This document shows positions 13,750-27,023 of a DNA stretch of 64,000 nt, piece by piece (the stretch's first letter is position 1; each line of letters begins with the position of its first letter). The notes beneath the pieces are model-generated. The model was not told where the DNA came from and made no database searches. It saw nothing but the letters and a program-made list of their open reading frames with translations. The translations under genes and the position numbers were made by a program. The stretch comes from the human T2T-CHM13v2.0 reference genome, Homo sapiens: the NCBI RefSeq assembly GCF_009914755.1, contig NC_060929.1; one strand, given 5' to 3'.

Positions 13750-14134
13750 CTCCCTGATATATCACAGCCTCCACCCCACAGTGAACAAATGCTCTTAATG
13801 AAGCGTATAGGGTCTTTTTTAAAACTGTCTTTGAGACAATGGATAGAACAACAGGTGACACTCTAATAGCAGCTCTGGTGGCCACATAATTATTGCTTTC
13901 TTCACTTTGTGGCTCTATTGAGCTACCCAAAAATAAGTGAAAAAATCACAGGCAGATGACTTTGTTCTATAGGAAATGCTCATTATGATTCTGCCGTAGT
14001 TAATAAGGCATTTACAAATAATCCACCTTCCTCTATTTATTTCCTTGTTCATATATTAAAAAATATTATTTAGTGCCAGCTTGTGTGAGACATTATGTTA
14101 AGTGGTATGTAGTAATTGTGAGTTGAGCAACAAG

Positions 14135-14452
14135 GAACTCCTTCCTTCTCTTTCTTCAGTTCTTTACTTACATATATTGTAACACTAAGTCCTATCCTGG
14201 TCACCCTGTTCATAATTACAACCTCACACACACACTTATTATCACTCTTCCCTGCTTTTACTATCTTTAATCCTTACTCACATCTAATATGTGATATATT
14301 TGATTTATTGACTACTTGTCTCTCCCACTATAATGTAAATTTCATGAAGCTAGGGATTTTTATTTTTTTGTGTTCACAGACCCAGCATTTAAAAAAAATG
14401 CCTGGAAATAGGCTGTCAATAAATATTTCTAACCAATCAATTAATGAATAAA
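14135..14452 (+). mobile_element. L2a 3' end
   Basis: tgtctctcccactataatgtaaatttcatgaagctagggattttt...tgttcac...tgcctggaaatagg...tcaataaatattt...ttaatgaataaa. Confidence 0.8.
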
Positions 14453-14849
14453 GCAACTGCAGACAAAAACATAATAATGAAGTGGCACTAAAGTCCCCTC
14501 TTGTTTTTTATTTGGATCCATTAATCGGTACAAATTGCATCTGTTTTTTTCAGATTTCTAGACATTTTATCATCTCTTCTCCAAAAATGTCAGGTATGAT
14601 AGTGCCTGAAGACTTGGTGAAAATACAGTTAATTATATCTATTTTCCTCTGATCTACACATCAAACATGCATGGCAATAAAGATCATATTTTCCTGGAAA
14701 AACTTGATAAATTGATAACCGTATGCTTCCAAGAGGGCTCCAAAAATCATCTGCTAAAATTTATTACTAGGGTTGATACTGCTTATTTTGCTGGGTTCCT
14801 GTGAAAACTATGTGGGATAAAGTTTACAAAAACCTGTTAAATCTGGCAT

Positions 14850-15370
14850 TGGAGATCAAGGAGATGCAGAAGAAGTAGTAAAGGAGACTGAACATGAACT
14901 TCCAGAGAGGCAGAGAAAACCAGGCTACAAAAGTGTTCAAGGGCAAGTGATAAACTTTGCTGGTCTAGTTTATAGCTCAACTAATGAACTAATAGTAAGG
15001 AGGAGGTTATTGATGACTTTCATAAAGGAAGCTTCAATAGATTGGTTAGGCAAAACTTTACTGAAATAAATTTAAGATAAAATGAGAGTAAATACATATA
15101 GGGGACAATTGGTATAGACAATACTTTCATAAACTTTTGCTATAAAGGAAAGAAGAGACATGGAGTGTAAGGTCATAAAGAGTTTTCTGTATTTTTTATG
15201 GTTCCCCAAATAATAGCCTGTTGGTATGAGAATGATTCAGTAGAAAAGAAAAAAAAATATTGATATGATTTATAGAAAAAATGATGCCTGGAGGAATGTT
15301 CTTGGTGGATGAGAGGAATGGGGTCTAGTGGACAGGTAGCAATGCTGACCATAGCTAGAACAGAAAAGAA
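14850..15370 (-). mobile_element. L2 internal fragment
   Basis: aaggagactga...ccagagaggcagagaaaaccagg...ggaggttattgatgactt...tatagacaatactttc...ttttgctataaaggaaagaagagacatgg resembles reverse L2 ORF2. Confidence 0.6.
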
Positions 15371-16239
15371 GCCTCAACATTTTCACCCGTGACCTGGAGG
15401 AAGACATTAATAAATACTGAAAATTCGGTAAAAATAGCTGATATACTAGATAGTAACATTGAAATTTAAAATATCTGTCATGTATAAATATAAAATAGGG
15501 CCAGATAATCTGAAATATATGGGCTTATAAAAAGGTAAATGAAAATACAGATAATCAAAAGCATGTAACTTGGGAGGGAAATAATTAAGGTTAAATTGTT
15601 ATAAGATTTGTATATAGTTTTTCAAGGTGGATAAAAATTTTTATTAACTTCACAATGTTAAATTAATTATGAAAGCTAAAACTTTTAAGTGCAATCACTA
15701 AAACAAAAAAATAAAGTATGTATAATAGTCTATTACAGGAAAAATAATGGAATTCCAAATATAAAATAGCTTTATCTACTAGAATAGTAGATAAGGAAGA
15801 GTAACCAGATGTTCAAGGGTCTGAAAACAATGGTTAAAGGCATAAAATATATAGTTTTGGTAAGAAAAGTCATTTTCTTTGCAGGACTTAATGCTCAAAT
15901 TATTTCTTCAATTTGATAGTCTTTAAATATTTTAAGATCTATCATAAGTAGGGGAAGGGATTAAATGTACTCCTTATTTAATGTTAGAAAGTTGAACAGG
16001 CTATGGATATGAGTTATGGGGAGGTAGTTTGGGGGTTTATTGCAAGAAAAATATTTATAAAAATGGAATGGCTACAGGTGAGATACTGAGCTCTCCTTCA
16101 GAGGTCATAGGATCATCTATCTGTCAGGAAATTTTGATATGGGTTACTGTAGCAAAAGTTGGACTAAATGAACTGAATAAACCCTGTGCCAACTCAAAGA
16201 TTTTAAAATAATAGTAATGATTTAAAAAAATGTTCTAAT

Positions 16240-16420
16240 CACCTTATAGACATTACTTTATTCAACCTTTGCATCAACATCATCAGATAAGTATTATTCC
16301 TGTTTTTGAAGATGTTAAATTTAGAGGTTTAAGTGCCTTGTTGAGGATGTGCAGCTTGTGTGGGGATAGAAATCCAGGAATGCCTCATTCTAAAGTGGGA
16401 GACTTTTCATTATGCCTCAC
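16240..16420 (-). mobile_element. MIR SINE
   Basis: agataagtattattcctgtttttgaagatg...tagaggtttaagtgccttgttgaggatgtgcagcttgt is the reverse MIR core. Confidence 0.6.
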
Positions 16421-16537
16421 GGAATCCCAGAATGAGAGTCATCGACTCATTTCTAATCTTGCCAAATTCCCGCAAAGAAGTCCTTTCTGTCTCATAATAG
16501 TGGTGTAAAATATCATAAGCCAAAATCAGCAAAGGTA

Positions 16538-16629
16538 GATATATATATATATACATACACACATACACACATATATATGATATATACATGTATTATATGT
16601 ACATATATTTCATGCATACACACACACAA
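16538..16629. repeat. (TA)n/(CA)n compound microsatellite
   Basis: Directly visible alternating purine-pyrimidine tract. Confidence 0.85.
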
Positions 16630-17912
16630 TTTCAGTAAAGACTTTGCTCCTTCTTCTTTTCCAAAAACCTAGAACCTAAAAGAAGCCTTCTTCATGCATA
16701 AAAGTAAATTTCTCCAAATGAATTTTGGCAGTAATTTTTTAAGAACTAATTGTTTCCAGTATACAAAGTGAATCTTTATTAATTTTTATGTAATTTCTCT
16801 TCTTTTGTATTTGGTCCATAGATAATTGTTCTTTTTTTCTTTTTTTGCATTTGATTCTTTTATAAAGTCTGATGGTGTTGGATATTCTTATACAAATTCT
16901 GATAATAAACCTTAATATTGATTTGTCTAATAGGAGAGGCACAGCTTGAACATACTACTACTGAATGAAAATAAGCGTAACTCGGAAGATTTCTTTTAGT
17001 AAATCAGTTGGTGTATAGTGACATTTCAGAGGGAAGTGGATAGAAGATGCATGGATAAAAATTATTTTATGCAAAATAAAAATTGAACATATCTCTACTC
17101 TGAATTTGCACTAACTTAAAACTCTAAAGACTACTAAATGCTAAAAGGATTCATTGTGGTCCTGAACTTGGTGGACAGAAATGTGACATTCTGATATTCT
17201 GACTTGTGATGCACTACTTCCAGTGTATTTTCTACAAACTTAGCTTGATGGAACTTTCCTGGGAGCAAATTTTCTAGTGAGATTTCCAAGCCAAATTTGA
17301 TGGCATTTGGTTGAATTGGATGAGCTTCAAAGTAAACACGCCAAATCTGAATCTTTGTTTGAATTGGCTGAAACCCATTGGGTTCATGTCACTGGTGAAA
17401 AATGGCTTTGTTTGGGTGAATAGATTTTGCTGAGGCTTCCAGTAGCTATCTCGTGGCTAAGGAAAGGCATGGAAAAATTTGGCCTCAAAAACAAAAAACA
17501 AACAACAACAACAACAACAAAAAACAAAAAAACCTGAGAATGTGGAGCAGTGTTATTGGGATCTCATCATCCCTAAAGTTCTTGCTGACATTTAGGATGA
17601 GTGTAGACTCTGCCCTTCAGTTTTGTAGGGGTTGAATTCCAACTTTGCTAGTTGACTTCTAAGTATGTCATTTTTACTTTTTAATAACCAATACCTAACA
17701 ATTACTCTTATTGTGATTGAATTTTAGATCTCTCTTTACCCTGAAAACACAAAACTTATTGTGGGACCATAGGGATGGTGGTGGGGATGCTCTTTCCCCT
17801 TCCTTCTTGCAAACTGAAATTTGGAGGTCAAATAGGAAGAAAGAGGAGTCCCTTGCTGAGTCACAGTCCACTTTGGCTTACTCAGTCATAAAATAGGTTT
17901 CCCAATTTGGGG

Positions 17913-17915
17913 TGT

Positions 17916-17956
<41 letters not shown>

Positions 17957-17957
17957 T
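17913..17957. repeat. (TG)n microsatellite ending in cgcgt (Z-DNA prone)
   Basis: About 20 TG units with one interruption. Confidence 0.95.
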
Positions 17958-18169
17958 AATTTTTTTGGGGATCTCTTCTGAAGAAATATTCACAGAACTT
18001 CAAACATGTGGCTCATTAAGACCTATCTTAGAGGACTTGTTCTCATCTACCAGCACTCCTTTCTTAGAGAGGTGTACCGTTCTTGCTTTTATGTAGTAAG
18101 GCACAGAAAGCTATGCTAAATAGGAAAAGCTAATGTTAAAATATACCTCCCTCACTTTATGCAGGTAAG

Positions 18170-18432
18170 CAGAGGAAGCTACTGTTAGGTTAGAAAGTTT
18201 TGAGACTTCATCTGTCAACGGTCAACTTGCCTCCAAGATGGAGAAAGTCTACATGTACAAGAAAGTCAAGCAAAGAGAATTGGAGTTGAGAGGTGGAGGG
18301 AGAAGCTCTCTGCATATAGTTTTGCCTAAATACAGCTCTATCTCTTGATATTTCAATTACATGAGCTGGTAAACTCACTTCTTTTGCTTAAACTTAGTTT
18401 GAGTTGCAGTTTGTCACTTACAACCAAAACCA
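18170..18432 (+). mobile_element. Old MLT1 (MLT1J/K-like) LTR 3' part
   Basis: tttcaattacatgagc...taaactcacttcttttgcttaaacttagtttgagttgcagtttgtcacttacaacc is the characteristic MLT1J/K 3' terminus. Confidence 0.65.
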
Positions 18433-19618
18433 TATAACCTCCACGAGGTTATAAAATAGGTAAGACAGACCCTGTGATACCTATTTCATTTGAATGACTG
18501 TGATGGCAAGATATTATATTTATCCACAGTGTTAAAACTGGCATCACCAAACCATCACTTAGGATTTCCAAATGACCTTACCTTTGCATTGTTCACAGAA
18601 GGTGGTGACTGACTCATGAGTATGACCTGAAGTTCTATAAAACACCATATACTCAGCACTTCAATATAAATGCATGGATATCATAATGCAATGAGGGGCT
18701 ACTAAGGTGCCTGACAGCCTTTGGTCATTTTGCAGTTGTTTTGATTGAGGAGATTTCTTTCCTCTTCCTTGACATACTGTTTCATGGCTCCTAGGTACTG
18801 TCAGATGCTATATTTCTTGTATTAGTGAATTTTTTTCCTGAATGCACTATGGTTTTCTGTAACACTATCCACCTATCCTCTTCTCCCACTCCCTTGTTAA
18901 AATGGTTTTTAGGGAAAGATACTCTTTAAATTTTCAGTAGCATTGGAATATTACAAACATGGAATGCTAAGTTAAATCTGACATTCTTCCTCTTAGCTCA
19001 CTTTTTTATTACAAGCACATAAGTTAAGAATCCACTGTGAGCTTTAATTGAATTTCTTGAGATGTTTTTATGATAAACCTAACCTACAATTAGAATTTTA
19101 AAAATATGATTCACATAGTTATCTTTACTAGGTATGTGTTTATGCTGATGTTCACTTTCACCAATTCTTCTGCCAATATGGCAGGTTTTCATTTGAGTAC
19201 CATAAAAATGCATTTGTTTTAGTGGACAGAATAATGGAATTACTGTATTTTAATGATGTTGTTTTCTTTGTTCAGCATCCAGGCCATTGCTCCAATTTTC
19301 CAGTCTGGTCATGGCTAAAATGTTTTAGGCAGTATTTAGGATGGCTTGACTCCACCATGCTAAAACATGCTGCTAATATTATAAACCCTTGTAACTTTGG
19401 AGATTTTTCTCAATGTATAAATACAGAAGTGTGGGATGGATTTTGCTTTTGGTGGTTTCAGAGGGGTGGCCATGCAAGAAATTGTTTTCAAAACAATCAC
19501 CCCCACCATCTGTGCTGCAGAATACAGATTCAAGGGGCTGATAGAGACCCTTGGGCCTCCCAGCAGAAAGGAGCTCATGAAACCTCTGAGATCACCTACC
19601 CTTTGTGAGAAAATCACT

Positions 19619-19650
19619 GGGCCGGGGGTGGGGTGGGGGTGGGGTGGGGG
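19619..19650 (+). other. G-quadruplex-forming motif
   Basis: GGG cc GGGGG t GGGG t GGGGG t GGGG t GGGGG: six G-runs, mostly 1-nt loops. Confidence 0.85.
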
Positions 19651-22600
19651 AATGGCTTTACAGAACTGACTTTACCCGATGGGAGGACATGTTCAGGTTT
19701 TCAGGATAATGCTTATTTTTGTGGGTTTTGTTTACACAACGTGATTTACTGCTGCCTTACTGGCTAAGTATTATCTTCTCTTCTCTTTTTAGTGAAAGTT
19801 TCATACCTATGCTATTAGGAGGTTCTGTAAGAGGTCCAACTTTTTAAGACAATAAGGTATCAGTGAGTAAAGAGCATGGAAATGTTGAATTTACAAAGAT
19901 AGACTGTTTTCCTTAGGAGAAAATATCCTCCTAATTTCAAACCCTCTCCAGAGGGCTAAGGAAAGCTTTAAATATCCATTCAAAATTCTTCACAGCCAGA
20001 CATCCCTTTTAAAGGAATTAGGTTACATCAGTTGATGTAATTAACTCAGATTGTTTGGGTGATCCAAATCCCAAAGGCAGCAATACATCTGTGCAGCACA
20101 CACATTTCCTCTTCTGTGCAAAGGCGCCAGTGGTTTCGATTCTGGGTGTGTATTTGAGGGGGTTGACGAAATGGGGGCAACAGCAGGAGCTGGTGAAAGG
20201 TAATATAGAGAACAATCGTGTACCAAAAATGTTTTTTTTTTGATGCTATCTGATTTCCTTTTAAATCTTTGTTTGAAAAAGGAATACCAGTTTGGAATCT
20301 CTCAATAATCAAATATATTAAAATAAACCATCTTTTGTTTCATTAGCCCAGTTATTCATTACTGCTCTTTGGGCATCTGGCCAGCAGCGTAGAGCTGGAG
20401 GGAGAGGTATCTTTTAGTCAGTCAGTGAACTGGAAGATGTGCCATTTTTTCACCTCTGACTTGCAGGAAGAGGGCTCAAGAATCTGTGTTTGCGAAACGA
20501 ATCCAGTTGCTTTATATTGTATGTGAATATCATCTCACATCGAATCTTGACGCTACAAAGGTATATTTATGCTTCAATACTTCCATCTCCAGGTGATGTT
20601 GCACCTGACCCATTTCATATAGTTTTCTGTCTAATTCTTTTAAGAATTTGAAACTCAGAGCGTCAGAGTATGCTGTCTTTGGAAATCTTTCTGATAGACT
20701 CTCTTTCAATTATTACAAAGCTTCATCTCCATAACACTCTATTTCTTGACCAGATTCTACATAGGTTGTCCAGTTTGTATCTACTCTTAGTGTCACATCA
20801 GCAAATGTGAAATACAATTATTGCTTTCTCTATATATTAAATTCTTTCTGATATTTTAAAACTGCAGGTCTTCTACGGTGAGAAGAGTTATAACAAGAGG
20901 TAGAGATAATGCACTAAATTAATTAAGAACATGTATATATTAAGAGACTTCTGTTGACTATGACTAGATCACTAAAGATAAAACATAATTTTTTTAACAA
21001 GACAAATTTCTATTTATATTTTATGTTGCTCTCAGTTCTGCATATTCATTTGTAATAGGAAAACATTATTTTAAGCAAACATAAATAATTGCACAGCCTT
21101 TTCAAGACTTTTTTTGGCTTTGAGGTACTTTTCTGGAGTAAAAGGGCTTTTTAAACATCACTATTTTGTCCATGTTCTTAGGAATGTCTGGTAAGAAGAT
21201 ATCTGAGTCTTAGTGAAAGGATATAAAATATAAGTCAATTGCATTTGAAAGAAAAACTCCCACCTAAGACTGACCTCAGTATTTAGGGGGCTTAGGCGTT
21301 TTCAAATAACTGTTTCAGTTTTGGCCCATTTGTCTAGACAACACAAGGGAGAATGCTTTTTTCCATCAATTCTAGGTCTAATCTATACAGTTCTGTTCAG
21401 CTTTTTTTCTATCTCTCCCATCCAGTCTGGGGAACTTTCCAGATTGGTAATGGTACACTGAATTCACTCTTACCCCTGGAGTTGTTCAATGTTACGGTTG
21501 GAAGCATCTTTAGGGATTAGTCCAACTCTTACTTTTTAAAAACTTTTGTATTTTCTTGTAGTAAGAACATTTAATATGAAATTAACCCTCAATAGATTTT
21601 TAAGTGTACAATACAGTATTGATATACAATGTTGTACAGCAGATTTCTAGAACTTATTTATTTTAATAACCGAAACTATGTATCCATTGGTAAGCAACCT
21701 GTCCCTGGCAGCAACAGTCCCTGGCAACCACCATTTTACTCTCCGCTTCTAAGAGTCTATTTTAGATGTCTCATGTAAGTAGAATTATACAGTATTTGGC
21801 CTGCCCTAACTGGCTTATTTTATTTAGCATAATGTCCCCATGGTCGATCCATGTTGTTGCATATTGCACTATTTTCTTCTTTTTTAAGGCTAATATTCCA
21901 TTGTATTTATATACCACATTTTCTTTATTCATTCATCTGTTGATAGAAATTTAGATCGTTTCCCTATCTTGCCTGTTGTGTATAGTACTGCACTGAATTT
22001 AAGAGTGCTAATGTCTCTTGGAGATTTTGATTTCAATTCTTTTCTAAAAATACTCAGAAGTGGGAAAGCTGGATTATATGATAGTTCTATTTTTAATTTT
22101 TTTGAGGAAACTCTATACTGTTTTTCGTAGTGGCTGTACCATTTTGTATTCCCAACAACAATATACAAGTTTTCCAATTTCTCTACAGCCTCACAAACAC
22201 TTGTTAGTCTTGAGTTTTTGATAATCATCATCTTAACACTATCTCACTGTGGTTTTGGCTTCCATTCCCCTAATGATTAGTGATGTTGAGCACCTTTTCA
22301 TATACCTGTTGGCCATTTGTATGTCTTTGGAGAAATGTCTGTTCAAGTCCTTAATCCACTTTTAAAATTGGGTTCTTAGCGCTTTTTTTGCTATTAAGTT
22401 GCAGGGGTTCCTTAAATATTTTGGAAATTGACTCCTTATGAAATATATGGTTTGCAAATATTTTCTCCCATTCCATAGGTTGCCTTTTCATATATGACCT
22501 TTACTATGTTGAGAAAATTTCCCTCTATTCCTTGTTTATTGAAAGTTTTTATGATGAAAGAGTATTGATTTTTATCAAATGCTTTTTCTGCATTTATTGA

Positions 22601-22865
22601 GATGATCATACAATTTTCATCCTTCATTCTGTTATTCCAGCCTGATCATGGCTAAAATGTTTTAGGCAGTATTTAGGATGGCTTAATTGATCTTTGTATG
22701 TTGAATCATCTTTGCATCTTAGAAATGAACCCCACTTGGTCATGGTGTGTGGTCCTTTTAATGTGCTGTTGAATTTGGTTTGCTAGTAAGTTGTTGAGGA
22801 TTTTCGCAATTATATTCATCATGGATATTGGCCTATAGTTGGTTTTCTTGCAGTCTCTTTGTCTG

Positions 22866-23173
<308 letters not shown>

Positions 23174-24802
23174 TAAGGGTAATGCTGGCCTCAAAAATGA
23201 GTTTGAAAGTGTTTCCTCCTCTTTAATTTTTTGGAAGAGTTTGAGAAGGATTGGTGTTAATTCTTCTTTAAATGTAGAATTCATCGGTGAAGTCAGCTGG
23301 TCCTGGGCTTTTCTTTATTGAAAGGTTTTTGATTACTGATGCAATATTCTTACCAGTTATAGGTCTGTTCAGATTTTCCATTTCTTCATAATTCAGTCTC
23401 AGTAGGTTGTATGTTTCTAGGTTGTTCATTACTTCTAGGTTATCCAATTTGTTGGCATATAATTGTTCACAGTAGCCTCTTATGATTCTTTTTCTTTCTG
23501 TGGCATCAGTTGTAGTGTCTCCTCTTGCATTTCTAATTTTATTTGGGTATCATCATATCTTTTTTTCCCCCTTAGTCTAGCTAACAGTTTGTCAAATTTG
23601 CTTTTCATAAAACCAGCTCTTAGTTTTATTGATTTTTTTCTACTCACTATTTTGTTTGTTTCTACTCTAATCTTTATTATTTCCTTCCTTCTGCTAACTT
23701 TGGGCTTACTTTATTCTTTTTCTAGTTCCTTCAGGGTGTACCAGTAGATGATTGTTTATTTTAGATCTTTCTTTTTAAATGTAGGTATTTATCACTGCAG
23801 TTTTCTCTTAGTACTGCTTTAGCTGCATCCCATAAGTTTTGGCAAGTTGTGTTTCTATTTTCATTTGTCTCAAAATATTTTCTAATTTCCCTCTTGATTT
23901 CTTCCTTGACCTATTGGTTGTACAAAATATGTTGTTTAATTTCCACATATTCATGAATCTTTCAGTTTTTCTTTTGTTATTGATTTCTGGCTTCATTCTT
24001 TTGTGGTTGGAAAAGATATTTGGTATAATTTCAATCTTCTTAAAATTTTTAAGACTTGTTTTGTGACCTAATATATGAACTATCCTGGAAAAAGTTCCAT
24101 GTGCATTTGAGAATAATGTATATTCTGCTGGTGTTGAGTGAAATGTTCTGTATACCTCTGTTAGGTCCATTTGGTCTATAGGATTGTTAAGTATTGTTTT
24201 CTTGTTGATCTTATGTCTGGATGTTCTGTTTATTATTTAAAGTAGGGTATTGAGGTCTCCTACTATTATCATTATTTTTTCTATTTCTACCTTCAGTTCT
24301 ATCCATGTTTGCTTTATATATATTTAGGAATTCTAATGTTCTCTGTATCATTTTATATTCCTGTATATACATTTTATCACTGTATAATGTCCTCTTTTAC
24401 TCTTGTGACAGTTTTGACTTAAAATCTATTTTGTCTGATGTAAGTATCACCATCCCTGCACTCTTTTGATTATCATTTACATGAATATCTTTTCCACCCC
24501 TTCACTTTCTTCTTAACCTAAATCTAAATCTGAAATTAGCTTCTTGTAGACAGCATATAGATAGATTTTTAAAAATACGTTCAGCCATTCTATGTCTTTT
24601 GATAGGGGACTTTAATCCACTTATATTAAAAGTAATTATTGATAGGAAAGAATTTACTATTGTTAATTGTTTTCGGTTTGTCTTTGTTTTTGGTCCCTCT
24701 TTTCCTTTCTTGTGTTTTCCTTTGTGTTTCATGAAATATTTTTGTATTAATATATTTGATTTGTTTTTCTTTTTTCTTTTATGTAGCTTCTATAGGTATT
24801 TT

Positions 24803-25043
24803 CTTTATTTTTATTTTATTTTACTTTATTTTACTTTTGAGATGGGGTCTCACTCTGTCACCCAGGCTGGAATGCAGTGGCCCAATCAGCGTTCACTGCA
24901 GCCTTGAACTTCTGGGCTCAAGCAATCCTCCTGCCTTAGCCCCCCTGAGTAGCTAGGATAGGACTACAGGCACATGCCGCTGTGCCTGATAATTTAATCT
25001 CTGACAGTGCTGAGATTACAGGTGTGAGGCACCATGCCTGGCC
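24803..25043 (-). mobile_element. AluJ with most of the left arm deleted
   Basis: J-type right arm (cactgcagccttgaacttctgggctcaagcaatcctcctgcc) joined to only the Alu 5' ~40 nt; TSD ataggt(a/g)tttt on both sides. Confidence 0.88.
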
Positions 25044-25590
25044 AATAGGTGTTTTTTGTGATTACCATGGAGCTCACATAAAATATAACAGTTTGTTTTT
25101 TAAGCTGATGAAAACTTTAGTTCAATCACCTAGGAAAATGCTACACTTTTACTCCTTCCCCCACTCTTTGTGTTATTGATGTGATATTTGTATAGTGTAC
25201 CCATTAAGATATTTAAATTTATGCTTATTTTGAATACTTCTCTCCTTTAATTTACTATGCCATAATTAAAAGTGATTTAACAAACATCGTTACAGTAATA
25301 TTCTGTTTTTGTCTATATATTTACCTTTATCAGTGTATTGTATAGTTTCTTATGCTGTTATGTCACTATTTAACATCCTTTGGTTTCAAGTTTAATAACT
25401 CCCTTTAGCATTTTTTATAAGGTAGTACTAGTGTTGGACTCTCTTGGTTTTTTTTTGTCTGGTTAAGTCTTTACTTCATTTATGAAGGACAGCTATAGTA
25501 TTTCTGATTGGCAGTTCTTCTATTTTAACACTTTGAATATCTCATTCTACTCCCTTCTATCCTCCAAAATTTCTGCTGAAAAAGTCACTG

Positions 25591-25650
25591 ATAGTCTTAT
25601 GAGTATTGTCTTGTATGTAAATAGTTTTATGAGTATTGTTTTGTATGTAA
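25591..25650. repeat. 30-bp tandem duplication in L1 ORF1
   Basis: atagtcttatgagtattgtcttgtatgtaa / atagttttatgagtattgttttgtatgtaa (28/30 identical). Confidence 0.92.
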
Positions 25651-26941
25651 CAAGTCTCTTTTCACTGCTTTCAAAATTCTCTTTGTCTTTGTACAATTTG
25701 ATTATAATATGACTTGATGTGGATTTCTTTGGGTTCATCTTATTTGGAATCCTTTGGGCTTCCTTGATTTGGATGTCCATTTCCTTCCCTGTATTTCAGA
25801 AGTTTTCGGCCATTATTTCTTTGCATAAGCTTTCTGGTGCTGCTGCTGCTTCTTGTTCTTGTCCTTGGTGTTATTGTTGTTCTTGTTCTTATTCTACTTC
25901 TTCTTCTTTTTCACATCTCATAATGCATATATTGGTCTGCTTAATAATGTCCCATAGTGCCTTAAGTTTTGTTCATCCTTTTTCATTCTTCTCTGTATTT
26001 CTCCCGATTGGATTATTTCAAATGACCTGTCTTTGATTTTGAGGATTCTTCTGTTTGCTCTAATCTTTGGTTAAACCCCTATATTGAATTTTTCAGCTCA
26101 GTTTTGAATTTTTTTAGCTTCATGATTTCTGTTTGGTTCTTTTATGACTCTTTGTTGAAATTCTCACTTTGTTCCTGCATTAGTCTCCTGAGCTCACAGA
26201 GTATTTTTATGATGATTATTTTGAATTCTTATCGGGTAATTCATATACTTGATATAGAGTCAGATTCTGGAGTTTTATCTTGTTTCTTTGTTTTGATTGT
26301 GTTTTCTTGTTTTCCTTGATTCACTGTGTTACTATCTGTACATTAGGAAAAAACTGCCACTTCCCCCAGTCTGGATTGGCCTCATACAGGAGAAGACCTT
26401 CACTGATCAACTCAGCCAAAGCCTCTGTGGGCCTCTAAAAGTTTTGTGCTAGTAAAAACCACTATCTTTGCTCTTAGTGTTCACTGGACATCCAGAGTAT
26501 ATTAGAATTTGTCAGTGCTCCAAGACAGGTGAGACAGAGGCAAATCCCTTGGAAGCATCCGAAGTTGCAACATTGGATGTGGCATCCAATTCCATTTGGA
26601 GTTTTTCACCTGTTCACTTTCTGCTGGTCCAGGGGGAGGACATAGTTCAGACTGCATCCTTTATTCTCCGTGGCTCCCAGGAATGTAAAACATGCTGGGT
26701 CATATCAACACTCTGAGATAGGTAAGAGAGGAACCAGTCACTCAGGCAACACTCCAAAAATTGAGATATTGGATATGTGGCACAACTCTTTTTTTCCTCA
26801 GAGTGAAGCTACAGTTGGGAGTTTCTTCTTGATCATAGGACACTATAATGAGAGTGGGGATTATGACAAGGGGGTTGACTCCAATTTTCTTACTGGGTTT
26901 GATGTAGACTAAATGCCTGACCACCCTTACCTGTCACAAAG

Positions 26942-27023
26942 AAAACTTAAAAATAATAAAACTAAAATAAAAACTTAAACTTAAAATAAACTTTAAAAAC
27001 TTAAAATAAAAACTTAAAAATAA
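26942..27023. repeat. A-rich patchwork repeat (AAAACTT/AAAAT units)
   Basis: aaaacttaaaaataa occurs at both ends (26942-26956, 27009-27023) with scrambled copies between. Confidence 0.8.

Noticed and set aside
18160-18172. Consensus splice donor CAG|GTAAGC (similar donors near 3060, 7460, 38695 and 56955)
   Set aside because: Isolated matches are expected by chance in 64 kb; no paired acceptor or reading frame could be established.
19222-19669. Overlapping ORFs of 128, 85 and 77 aa in unique DNA
   Set aside because: No recognisable protein similarity or supported exon structure; lengths are compatible with chance.
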